Source: Strigamia acuminata (lineage: Eukaryota). From it: a stretch of 64,000 nt of DNA. Positions 50,641 through 61,196 of the stretch are shown piece by piece. Within the stretch, counting starts at the first letter, position 1. Each line of letters begins with the position of its first letter. The notes under the pieces were generated by a model. It was not told the DNA's origin. It ran no database searches and worked only from the letters and a program-made list of their open reading frames with translations. Made by a program: the position numbers and the translations under genes. Where the stretch lies: assembly GCA_949358305.1 (NCBI GenBank), contig OX442314.1, positions 24,738,001 through 24,802,000 on the forward strand. The letters run 5' to 3'.

Positions 50641-51844
50641 GAGGAAATGCAGTTCCTAACCATGGCAATTCCCTAATGACAGCAATTAATGACTGTGTAC
50701 TTCCTGTCGAAAAAGAAAAAGTATCAGATGCACAAGCTTATTTCTAAAAATAGGTACTTACACCTAGAAACTTGGTATCTGAAACACGCTATCTGAAAGT
50801 AAATTTCAGGATCATCACAATTTGTATTTTTGACGTTTATTTGTCATGACTCATGACCCCATGACCCTTAACAGCGGTGAGATTACTTTCTTTAAGACCC
50901 AACCTTGCACTCGCATCAAAAACTGGAAAAACCACAGAAGACCCAGTTCAAAGCCGACCGCAGATGTTCACCGTAGAAACAGTATCGTAATCAGATAAGG
51001 ATGAGGAACAACAGATTCCCAGCAGGTCAACCATCCAAGTATATACTAACTAGCAGTGTGGTATCGAATGCAAACTAATAGTTCGAGTTCATGAACGAAG
51101 TTCACTTCTACAAATGAATGAAAAATTCAAACTGCGTTAACTTTTAGGAGTGAACTTGAACGATGTTCGCGTTCACAATGTTTGACGATGAAAATGTTGC
51201 AAAAATATTAGATTAAATGTTTAGATGACGTTTTCATCATCAAAACAGCCATGAAAGCGGTGAAAACGACTGCTTTACTAAAAAAAAAGTCTTTTGTCAT
51301 CTTATTTAGGAATATTTTGGAATATTCTAATCCTTTACATTTTCACAACTTTCAGTTCATACAGTATGACCACAATATTTCTATTTTCTTAACTTAATGA
51401 GTGGCCGCATTAATTTGTCAACCAAATGTGGATTGGAACTTTGAATAATTTCCACAAAGAAACAACTACGCATGAGCAATACCATAAATCACTTCTTATA
51501 GAATGGAGATTAGGAGGTCAATTGGTCTTTGTAAGTGAATTCTGAAGCGTGACTTTCCTAAGTCATGATGATATTTTCGACACTTCTGCCTTCTAAAAGA
51601 GATTTAAAGAGATTAACTCACTTATTCCCCCAGAATTGAACACATCTAATGTGTCTCAAATCATGTCGTATAAGATTAACTAGTACTGTCTTCACTGAAG
51701 CGTTTATACCACTTGAGACCCCAAAGCACAATGTGACTTCGGGGGCCCCAGAAGCTGATTTACGGTCTGGGAGTCCTACTCGCAGCATTTTTCCAAACCC
51801 AAATTAAAGAAAAAAAATAATTAACAAAGTTTAATAGCATATTA

Positions 51845-52095
51845 CCGTATTTTACCGATTAAAAGTCGCCCTCGAATGGTAGCAGCGGCTGAGACACCAA
51901 GAATACCGTCTTTTAGCAAAAGTACGGTATTGTTTCCGTATTTAACCTCACGAACGATGAAAGTAGGCTTCGTTCGAGACGTTCAGACTTCGATTGTTAC
52001 ATTAAACAAACGTAACAAACGAAAAACCGAAATTGTAATTGCTGACAAAAATGGCAGTTTTGAATAAGAGCGTTGCTCTTAATCGATAAAATACG
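51845..52095. mobile_element. MITE family B copy 2
   Basis: Same termini and interior as 21634-22074 without the LTR. Its right TA flank is the target of the family A MITE. Confidence 0.85.
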
Positions 52096-52231
52096 TATAC
52101 TCGAGTTGCACTCAAAAAGGCACCTCACAATGTGTACTCCCATTGGTCGAGCCAGTTTACTAATAACTCCAGACTGTATGCTACTACTAGGAGAAGTAGT
52201 TTTGTTTCTTATTTATTCTTGTGATTGTTAT

Positions 52232-55200
52232 TGTGAAAACTGGCGTTGTTAGAAGTAACAAGGTCGCACGAGTTCGAGGGAAAGAGCACGGCGCAGCACA
52301 GAGAAGCCAACCTGCAGGAGGTGTTTTTGAGTGATATTGGATGACGCGTGACCGGAAGTGCTGTAAAAGTGTCATAAATTATCTTGTTTCACCCTTTGTT
52401 CCCCTGAATTTGTACTTGTGACCCCCAGAAATTACAATAAACTTGTTCTTAACCCAAAAAAGACATGCTTTTATTTCGAGAATTCATAAAAGTTAGAAAA
52501 GTAGTAAATTTACACAGTTTTAGTCAAAATTAGTTACAAATCGACTTTGCGAATCTTCAAATGGTGCCGAAACCCGGGAAAATCAGTGAATCCGGACAGA
52601 AATAAGTAGAAAACAGCATCGTAAAGCCGACCACGCCGAATTTTGACCGAAAATTTCAAGATGGACGCCCTTGATCGTTTGCGCGCTCAACAAGCCACGT
52701 CCAGAGAAGGAGCCAAGCGGTTATGTAATGCGGTACTCGTCGAATTAGCCAACGTTGCTCCAGAAATCCTCGCGTTGAAACGATTAAAAAACCAGTTGTT
52801 AGCAAAGAGTGAACAATTGACAGCGCTCGACGATAAGATATCGCCGATGATTGTTACGCGTGCGGATTTGGAGAAAGAAGAAAGCGACAACGAAGATTTC
52901 CGTGAGTTGATAATCGACTCTCTTACCGATATTGAAGTCAAATTGGAAGAACTTTTACGGCCACCAGCACCAGTTATACCCCCAGCGATTCCAATCGGCG
53001 GCAGCGCCACGAGCAACTCAGGCGAAGGGACAATAAAGCTGCCAAAGTTAGTAATGCGGAATTTCAGCGGGAATCCTGTTGAGTGGTCAAAGTTTTGGTC
53101 CAATTTCGAGTTGAGTGTCCACGGCAACGGTTCACTTACAGCAAAAGCCAAATTCGTATATTTGAACTCAGTTCTCGAAGGTACTGCAGCAACAGTTGTT
53201 CATGGTCTCAAAATCAGCGATGAGAACTATGAAACTGCAGTGACTTTACTTCAAAATCGATTTGGGCGAAAAGAAGTCATCGTGAACGCTCACATTCAGA
53301 CTTTGATGAAACTTAAACCAGTAAAACGAGTTAGCGACCTCGTTGAGTTGCGTAGACTCTACGACACGTGCGAATTGCATATTCGAAGTCTCGAGACTGA
53401 AGAAATCGATACAGCCACGTTTGGAATTGTATTGTGTCCATTGATACGAAATGCGGTGCCTGACGTTATTGCACTTGATTTTGCACGCAAAAATAAAGAA
53501 AACACTCACGATATGAAACTGTTTTTGGAGTTTTTCAGAGCCGAACTGGAGTTACGAGAAGAACACGTAGCCGTGAGCGACCAGACAGAGAAACCAGCCG
53601 CCAAGACGTTCGTCGACTACAAGAAGCCGACGCGTAACGACAAAATAGCCTCAGCCAATGCATTGACTACCAACGTTTCATCATCCAGTTGCGTATTCTG
53701 CGACGATGCGTCGCACAAGAAGGAAGATTGTCCGCTCAACATTCCAGATCGATTGAAGCGGTGCATGTCAAAACGAACGTGTTTTAGATGTTTGGGCAGC
53801 AAACATATGGCGCGCAGCTGTCCCCAGAAAGAGAAGTGTGTGAACTGTGAGCGGTTTCACCATATCCTGTTGTGCGAAGCGTCGAATACCAAGCCAGAGA
53901 CCGTGCTTGTGTCGACGTTGACAGCAGCAGCAATTACAGCAGAGAACACTGACTTATTTTTGCAAGTATTAATGACAAATGTGGAATCGAATTGTAAAAC
54001 CAAGGCTGTGCAGTGCATGTTTGATGGCGGAAGCCACAGATCGTTTATTAGCCAGAAACTAGTGAATGAACTCGATGCCCAAGTAGTGGGAAAGCAAAAT
54101 ATGCAGATTTCCAGTTTTGGCGACTCTAAAACAGAGAGCGTTTGTCGTCGTCGCGTGAAAGTGACTTTAAGAAATATTACCGATACTAATAAGTTTGTTG
54201 ATTTAGAATTGATCGAGGTGCCACGAATAACTCACTCAGTCGCGAGGCAGTCGGGTCCAAACGTGCGCGAGATGTTGCGCAAACACAAGATCACCTTAAA
54301 TATCGACCAGATGTCGACCCAACAAGACGAGGTGGCAATTCTAATTGGAGCGGACCACTTTTGGCGTATCGTAACAGGCGAATCGAAACGTTTAGATGAG
54401 GGATTGATGTGTCTTCACACGTCTCTCGGTTGGACAATCCACGGCGCGATCAGAAGCCAAGATGAAACGGTTAGACAGTCAGCAACCCACGTGAATCTTG
54501 TGCAGTATGAAGACCGACTCGACCACCTTCTTCAACGTTTTTGGGAGTTGGAAGCAGTAGGCATTCCCCACGAAACTCTCACCAGCGCCCAGGACGAAGA
54601 TGATCAAGCAGTAGCAAAATTTAAAGAGTCCATCAACTGGACGGGTGAGCGGTACGAGGTGCGACTGCCTTGGTTGCTGGACAAATCAGAGTTGGACAGC
54701 AACTATCAAATTGCACTTAAGAGACTGTGGAATCTTGTTCGCAAGTTTAAACAAAATCCGGACTTGTACCACCGCTATAAGAAGGTTCTGGACGACCAGA
54801 AAATCGCTGGAATAATCGAAACGGCCCCAGAAGTAGCCAACCAGACTGGGTGTTACTACCTCCCACATCGACCAGTAATTCGAGAGCGGAGAAGCACCAC
54901 AAAATTGCGCATAGTCTACGACGCCTCGTCGCACGCGCAGAAGAGTCGCTCTCTCAACGACTGCCTGTTTACAGGGCCAAATCTCCTTCCAGAATTAATC
55001 AATGCCCTTTTATTTTTCAGACAATTCATTGTGGCATTGATTGGAGACATTAAACAAGCGTTTCATCAAATTTTGCTGGCGTTAGCTGACCGAGATGCGG
55101 TGAGGTTTCTGTGGATCGCGGATGGATGGGACGTTGAAGGACCAATCGTGTTGGAGATTCTCCGACAAACCAGAGTCCTATTTGGAGCATCTCCAAGTCC

Positions 55201-58184
55201 CTATCTCTTGAACGGAACGATACAACACCATCTCGAACAATATGCAGATCGTTTTCCCGAATTAATTATGAAATTGTTAAAGAGATTTTATGTTGATGAC
55301 TTTTTGAACAGTGAAAAGACAACAACAGAAGCCATTGATGTCTACAAGAAGACGTCAACAATCATGCTCGAAGCCAATATGGAACTAGTGAAGTGGTACA
55401 GCAATTCCCCAGTGCTACGAGAGCAATTTGCTGTTGACCATCCAACTGCAACGTTCGAAAGTGAGCAAAAAGTGTTGGGCCTGAAGTGGAATGGTGAGAG
55501 AGACGACTTGTCACTAGAACTCGAGGATGTGAAAGCAACTTTGGAACGTGAATCGAACACTAAACGGCAGGTTATTCAATTGGTTGCACAGATCTTCGAT
55601 CCGTTAGGATTTGCGTCGCCGTTTACAGTTTCAGGAAAGCTGTTTTTCCAGCAGTTGTGGAAATTGCAGATTGGATGGGACAGTCGTCTCTCCCTCGAAC
55701 TTCTCGAACAGTGGGAGAAATGGAAAAAGCAGTTGCCAATGTTGGAAAATATTTGCGTGCCACGACATTTTGGCTTGGATGCAGAATTGAATAATCACGA
55801 AATCCATCTGTTTTGTGATGCGAGCCCCTTAGCGTACGGGGTGGTGGCGTACAATCGTGTGCGTCACCCAAATGGAAGTTGTAATGTATTTTTTATTCTT
55901 TCCAAATGCAGGATCGCGCCAATTAAGACGATTACGTTGCCCAGACTCGAGTTGATGGGAGCTTTGCTGCTGGCCAGAATTGCGCACAGACTGAAACAAT
56001 TCACCACTGCAAAAGTTACAGCTTGGACAGATTCGACAATCGTTTTGTGTTGGTTGAACGAGAAAAGGAAAGCCATTCCATTCGTAGCCAGGAGAGTGGA
56101 GGAAATCCAGATACACGTACCTTTTTCGAGTTGGCGACACTGTCCAGGAGTCCAGAATCCAGCAGACCTTCTAACACGAGGGATAGATGCAGAGGCGTTG
56201 ATTCAAGCGAATACGTGGTGGAATGGCCCCGAGTGGCTTGTGAAGGACGAGAACGAATGGCCAGACATTAAAATAGACGAGAATAGCGACGAGATCGATT
56301 CAGAGGACTATTTGGCAGCAGCAGCCGTGATTCCAGAGCCACCATTGATGGACGAGCCATCAAAATACGGCAGCTGGAGACGATTAGTACGAGTGACCGG
56401 ATGGGTGCAAAGATTCGTCAAAAACACCAGAGACAAAGTTAGAAATGGCGCACCGTTGACGGTGGATGAATTATCGGCAGCAGAGCTTTATTGGCTTCGT
56501 GTAATGCAACAATCGAACTTTGCAACAGAACTCGCAGCACTCAGCCATCGTCAGGAGTTCGCTCATAACTCTTTTTTGAACAAAGTCTCGTGTTATATAG
56601 ACGAAAATGGTTTAATGCGATTGAATACCAGATTGCGATGGGCAAAAATCGACAGCAACATGAAAAATCCTTATGTTTTGCCCTCAAATCACATTTTAAC
56701 CACTCTTATCGTTTCAGAAGCACATCAAAGAATTTTCCACGGTGGACTTGGAGAGACTTTGGCAGAAATTCGTCAAAAGTTTTGGATGCCAAAGCTGAGA
56801 AGGACAGTAAAAAGCGTGTTACACAAATGTTTCGTGTGCAAGCGAGTGCAAGGACGTTTCGTGCGCCAGACAGAATCATCGTTGCCACCAGATCGTGTCA
56901 CTCAAGCTGAGCCATTTCAAGTCGTTGGAGTCGACTTCGCGGGCCCATTGTACCAACGTAGTGGAGAAAAATGCTACATCGTCGTGTTCACGTGTGCGGT
57001 TGTTCGAGCCGTGCACTTGGAATTAGTTTCAAGCATGAATACGGAGCGATTCATTCAGGCATTGAAACGATTTTTTGCGCGCAGAGGAGTCCCAAGCACG
57101 ATCTACTCCGACAATGCGCTGACGTTCAAGCGAACAGAGAAAGAACTTTGTGTTTTGTTGAATGCAGTGAGAGGCGAACAGATACAAGGATTTCTGACCG
57201 AACGAGGCGTGAAATGGCAGTATATAGTCGAACGTGCACCGTGGTGGGGTGGCTTTTGGGAGCGAATGGTGAAGTCAACTAAGTCCAGCTTGAAAAAAGT
57301 CTTGGGAAAGTCATCCCTAGATTTTGAAGAATTGACAACCATTCTCTCGGAAGTCGAGTCGTGCATAAATTCGCGACCACTCTCCTACGTATACACTGAA
57401 GACGAAGACAGTCACCCACTCACTCCAGCTCATTTTCTGGTCGGAAAACGAAGCTGTACTTTGCCAGACCCCAGCCAAAAAACGATTCAACAGTTGCCAT
57501 CGACATCAGTCACGATTTTGAAGCGTTGGAAACTCCGTCAACTGAAGTTAGGACATTGGTGGACGCGATGGCAAAAGGAATATCTCACCGAGCTGAGAGT
57601 TCACCGTAAAAATGATAAGAATTCACGAGAAGTTAAACAAGGAGATGTAGTTCTCGTAGAAGAGTTAAACCAGCCCAGGATGACCTGGAAAATAGGAAGA
57701 GTCGTTGAGATATTCCGTGGACGAGACGGTCGTGTTCGCGCATGTGAGATAAAGTTACCAGTCGGAAAGAACTTGCGTCGACCAGTACAGCGATTGTGCG
57801 TTCTGGAAACTCACGACATGGAAGAGTTGAGTGGTGATACCACTCCGGCCCCAGTGTGAAAACTGGCGTTGTTAGAAGTAACAAGGTCGCACGAGTTCGA
57901 GGGAAAGAGCACGGCGCAGCACAGAGAAGCCAACCTGCAGGAGGTGTTTTTGAGTGATATTGGATGACGCGTGACCGGAAGTGCTGTAAAAGTGTCATAA
58001 ATTATCTTGTTTCACCCTTTGTTCCCCTGAATTTGTACTTGTGACCCCCAGAAATTACAATAAACTTGTTCTTAACCCAAAAAAGACATGCTTTTATTTC
58101 GAGAATTCATAAAAGTTAGAAAAGTAGTAAATTTACACAGTTTTAGTCAAAATTAGTTACAAATCGACTTTGCGAATCTTCAAA
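52232..58184 (+). mobile_element. Full-length Bel/Pao LTR retrotransposon
   Basis: 330-bp LTRs 52232-52561 and 57855-58184, no differences found by eye. TSD GTTAT. PBS TGGTGCCGAAACCCGGGA at 52562 (tRNA-Phe type). Single intact ORF. Confidence 0.97.
52661..57859 (+). CDS. Bel/Pao Gag-Pol polyprotein (Gag, 3 Zn knuckles, PR, RT, RNase H, IN)
   Basis: KLPKL..F.G..W..FW Gag motif; CVFC..H..C, CFRC..H..C, CVNC..HH..LC; FDGGS; YLPHRPV, KLRIVYDAS, FYVDD; FCDAS, LPRLEL, WTDS, NPAD; DFAGP, SDNA, WWGGFWER. First ATG at 52661 (the ORF track starts at a TTG at 52643). Confidence 0.96.
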   Translation: MDALDRLRAQQATSREGAKRLCNAVLVELANVAPEILALKRLKNQLLAKSEQLTALDDKISPMIVTRADLEKEESDNEDFRELIIDSLTDIEVKLEELLRPPAPVIPPAIPIGGSATSNSGEGTIKLPKLVMRNFSGNPVEWSKFWSNFELSVHGNGSLTAKAKFVYLNSVLEGTAATVVHGLKISDENYETAVTLLQNRFGRKEVIVNAHIQTLMKLKPVKRVSDLVELRRLYDTCELHIRSLETEEIDTATFGIVLCPLIRNAVPDVIALDFARKNKENTHDMKLFLEFFRAELELREEHVAVSDQTEKPAAKTFVDYKKPTRNDKIASANALTTNVSSSSCVFCDDASHKKEDCPLNIPDRLKRCMSKRTCFRCLGSKHMARSCPQKEKCVNCERFHHILLCEASNTKPETVLVSTLTAAAITAENTDLFLQVLMTNVESNCKTKAVQCMFDGGSHRSFISQKLVNELDAQVVGKQNMQISSFGDSKTESVCRRRVKVTLRNITDTNKFVDLELIEVPRITHSVARQSGPNVREMLRKHKITLNIDQMSTQQDEVAILIGADHFWRIVTGESKRLDEGLMCLHTSLGWTIHGAIRSQDETVRQSATHVNLVQYEDRLDHLLQRFWELEAVGIPHETLTSAQDEDDQAVAKFKESINWTGERYEVRLPWLLDKSELDSNYQIALKRLWNLVRKFKQNPDLYHRYKKVLDDQKIAGIIETAPEVANQTGCYYLPHRPVIRERRSTTKLRIVYDASSHAQKSRSLNDCLFTGPNLLPELINALLFFRQFIVALIGDIKQAFHQILLALADRDAVRFLWIADGWDVEGPIVLEILRQTRVLFGASPSPYLLNGTIQHHLEQYADRFPELIMKLLKRFYVDDFLNSEKTTTEAIDVYKKTSTIMLEANMELVKWYSNSPVLREQFAVDHPTATFESEQKVLGLKWNGERDDLSLELEDVKATLERESNTKRQVIQLVAQIFDPLGFASPFTVSGKLFFQQLWKLQIGWDSRLSLELLEQWEKWKKQLPMLENICVPRHFGLDAELNNHEIHLFCDASPLAYGVVAYNRVRHPNGSCNVFFILSKCRIAPIKTITLPRLELMGALLLARIAHRLKQFTTAKVTAWTDSTIVLCWLNEKRKAIPFVARRVEEIQIHVPFSSWRHCPGVQNPADLLTRGIDAEALIQANTWWNGPEWLVKDENEWPDIKIDENSDEIDSEDYLAAAAVIPEPPLMDEPSKYGSWRRLVRVTGWVQRFVKNTRDKVRNGAPLTVDELSAAELYWLRVMQQSNFATELAALSHRQEFAHNSFLNKVSCYIDENGLMRLNTRLRWAKIDSNMKNPYVLPSNHILTTLIVSEAHQRIFHGGLGETLAEIRQKFWMPKLRRTVKSVLHKCFVCKRVQGRFVRQTESSLPPDRVTQAEPFQVVGVDFAGPLYQRSGEKCYIVVFTCAVVRAVHLELVSSMNTERFIQALKRFFARRGVPSTIYSDNALTFKRTEKELCVLLNAVRGEQIQGFLTERGVKWQYIVERAPWWGGFWERMVKSTKSSLKKVLGKSSLDFEELTTILSEVESCINSRPLSYVYTEDEDSHPLTPAHFLVGKRSCTLPDPSQKTIQQLPSTSVTILKRWKLRQLKLGHWWTRWQKEYLTELRVHRKNDKNSREVKQGDVVLVEELNQPRMTWKIGRVVEIFRGRDGRVRACEIKLPVGKNLRRPVQRLCVLETHDMEELSGDTTPAPV

Positions 58185-59391
58185 GTTATGACTAATTTAT
58201 GTTATTTTGATTTTATTTAATAAAAAATGTTATTTCCATCAATAAAATGAAGTTTCGCACATTAAAAAATGTTAAACTCATGTTTGTTGTGTTTATTGCT
58301 TACATCGTCTGGAAGTTTGAATTTTAGGCCGTTGCCTAGGCAATCTATTGCAATGTCTGTACATTGTAATGCAATTCTGTTGTATGGGTCTACTTTTCCG
58401 GATCACTACACCAGTAAACTGGCTCAACCAATGGGAGTACACATTGTGAGGTGCCTTTTTGAGTGCAACTCGAGTATAGTTTTAGGATTTGTAAACATTT
58501 TATAGAATTCACATATTGAGGCCCCTAAAAGTCAAATTCCCTGGCTGTCTTCTGTTCTCTCCTACCAATTACTGCACACTGTGTGCAGGACCTAAATGTG
58601 AGTCGCCAAAAGATTACCCGACTCAACAAACGTTCCCTCTTCCCGACAATTGCATAGAAAGAAATTGCCTCATATAAAATTTAAGCAATGGAAATAAGGA
58701 CAGTCCATCCAGGTTTCAGGAAATGTTCAACTCAACAATGACAACACCAACGACTTTGCATAACTTTAATATGTGAACTGGAAATCCAATTTCTCCTTCG
58801 CAGTAGTTGCTCAAGGGTATAATGTTGTAAAAAGCAAAAGCGCGAGCGCTTAGAAATATACTTTATTAATGTTTCGCGTAACATAAAAATGGATGTATAA
58901 TAAGTAATTAAATAGTTGCCATGCAATTTTTTTATTACGATGGTAACGCGAACACTGACAAGAACAAAGGAAAATGTTGAGTGTATTATTAATGGGAATT
59001 GCTGCGATAGAAGCAGCTTTCTAAAAACCCACAAGAGAAAACGCCTCTCTCGAGTTGAGAATTTGTCTCAGAAGACCTGCACGTGTGATTTATCTAGTAA
59101 ATCGTGTATTTGGCAAGTTACGTTTACTATTGAAACATCGCCTGTTTTAAAGAGTGTAATACCTTTAAATATCCCATAAATTCTAATAAAAATAAATAAG
59201 AAAAAAAAAATTACTAAAATTTTAGTAAAAAAAGAGAGTGGAAATCAATAAATAGGTAAATTGTATCCATGAAAAATAGAAGTAGTCAATTTTTAAATTT
59301 TAATCAACTTTGAATGTATGTTGACAATTGTGTGGTTGTCTATTTACTTCGGCTTTCACATCGCTTTCATAAAGTCATGTTTAGCTTGCAG

Positions 59392-59821
59392 TAAAGCTAG
59401 GTTCACCCTTGTGTTTACACTAGACGCAACGCAAGAAAACTGACGCAACGCACGCTGCTTGCGTCCAAAAATTCTTAACGTTGACGCTAATTCCTGCTTC
59501 AACTCCAAGTTGAAGTAAGCGACGCAACACAGAGAGGTCTTGCGGCCAACCAATCACGATAAACTACAACTCTCGTCGATTCACGTCTGGTTGGGGAGAC
59601 TTTGCCACATGGCTAATTCTTGCGAACAGGCCGCCATTTTCGGATTCTAGAACAAGTTCTAGAACTAGATCCAATTCCAAGTTTCATTAAAACCATCTGA
59701 TTGGCAAGATGCAACATCAATTGTTTCAGCTGTTTACACGTGCCCTACAGTGTAAACAGACTCTGCGTTGCGTTTGTCGAATTTTTCCTTGCATGTGAAC
59801 ACAAGTGTGAACATAGCTTTA
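59392..59821. mobile_element. MITE family C copy 3
   Basis: Same TIRs and interior (GACGCAACGCAAGAAAACTGACGCAACG). Confidence 0.85.
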
Positions 59822-59995
59822 AATGTATGGTTGTTTAAATGTCGTGCGCATGCCCACTGCTACTAAAAGCAGACTAAATCAGCCGCCATTTTTGAAGTTA
59901 GAGCGAGAGAAGCTGTTTAAAAATCAGTTTAAGATGCTTTTTAGTCTAAATTACCTTAGAAATGCGCCTAGTGTTTAATGTAGACGGAATAGTAA

Positions 59996-61035
59996 GAGGT
60001 TTCATTAAATGAGCGATTAGTTGATTACTTTGATTACTTTGATTAGTCGATTACTTGATGTGTCATGTGACTGTATTCAACCAATCCCGAGAATAATCAT
60101 TTCATCAAATAAGCAACTAAGCAACTAATCAAGTAATCATCCCAAACCATGATTTTCTGCTGACTTGGGCCGATTATAAGTGCTCTCTCATCTGAAACCA
60201 ACATGGCGGCGCCAGACCCGCTTCAACTACACAAGGTCATAATGTAACAAAGTCTGCTCAGTTTAGGTTAAACTGAACACATGAAACGAGTTAGGTAGTT
60301 GCAATTATTATTTGTAGGAACTTTTTTAAACAAATGCAACTAGGGTTTCTGTTTTCCCGCCCTTTTACGGTTCCTGGTTCCCGGTACCAAAATGGCCGGT
60401 ATTCCCGGGAAATCGGTACTCCCGGTACTAAAAAAAAATCAGATTTTTTAGTCAAAAATGGTCTTTTTTAGCCATTTTTCATGGTAAAAATGGCCATTTT
60501 TAGCCATTTTTCATAGCAAAAACAGCCGTTTTTCGTCAAAATGGCCAATTTTAGCCATTTCTTATAATAAAAATGGCCGTTTTTTGTCTAAATGGCAATT
60601 TTTTTTAGCTATTCATCGTAAAAATGGCTGTTTTTCGTCAAATGGCCATTTTTAGCCATTTTTACCATAAAAATAGCCGTTTTTTTTGTCAAAAAAGGCC
60701 GTTTTTAGTCATTTTTATGGTAAAAATGGCCGGTTTTTTAATCAAAAATTGACTTTTTATCATTGAAACGTTACAAAAGTGTAACGTTTTTATGACGTTT
60801 TGACGGAACCGGTAATTTTCAAAATTTCCCGGTTCCCGGTACCGTGATTTCTCGTCCGGTTTCCCGGGCGGTACCGAAACCCTAAATGCAACGTATTTAG
60901 GTTACAATTTAAACAATTCCGCCCATCGCAGCAATAATCACATAATCAGATTTTTGTTGGGCACTCAATAATTGAGTGATTACGATTATTGCAATAATCA
61001 ACTAATCACAATAATCGCTCATTTAATGAAACCCC
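59996..61035. mobile_element. Harbinger-like MITE hosting a hAT MITE
   Basis: TAA|GAGGTTTCATTAAATGAGCGATTA ... TAATCGCTCATTTAATGAAACCCC|TTA. An isolated copy of the left end lies at ~39844-39889. Confidence 0.8.
60341..60884. mobile_element. hAT MITE with internal minisatellite
   Basis: TAGGGTTTC...GAAACCCTA with perfect 8-bp TSD AATGCAAC, subterminal CCGGT repeats. Confidence 0.9.
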
Positions 61036-61196
61036 TTAGTATATAATATACAGATTAGATATGTTCGAAATAATTTAATTTGAATTTTTAAAATTCTAGT
61101 CATCATAAATTCATGCATTTGATAATTTGGTTTGCAGTCCACACGAGATTAAAACTCCTATAACATGAATTGTCCTTGACTAAGATTGGCAATAAT

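Larger units (their letters stand above)
52098..58476. mobile_element. MITE family A copy 2, split by the Bel/Pao insertion
   Basis: Halves 52098-52231 and 58185-58476 are colinear with 10247-10672. 64-bp TIRs with one mismatch, TA flanks. Confidence 0.9.
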
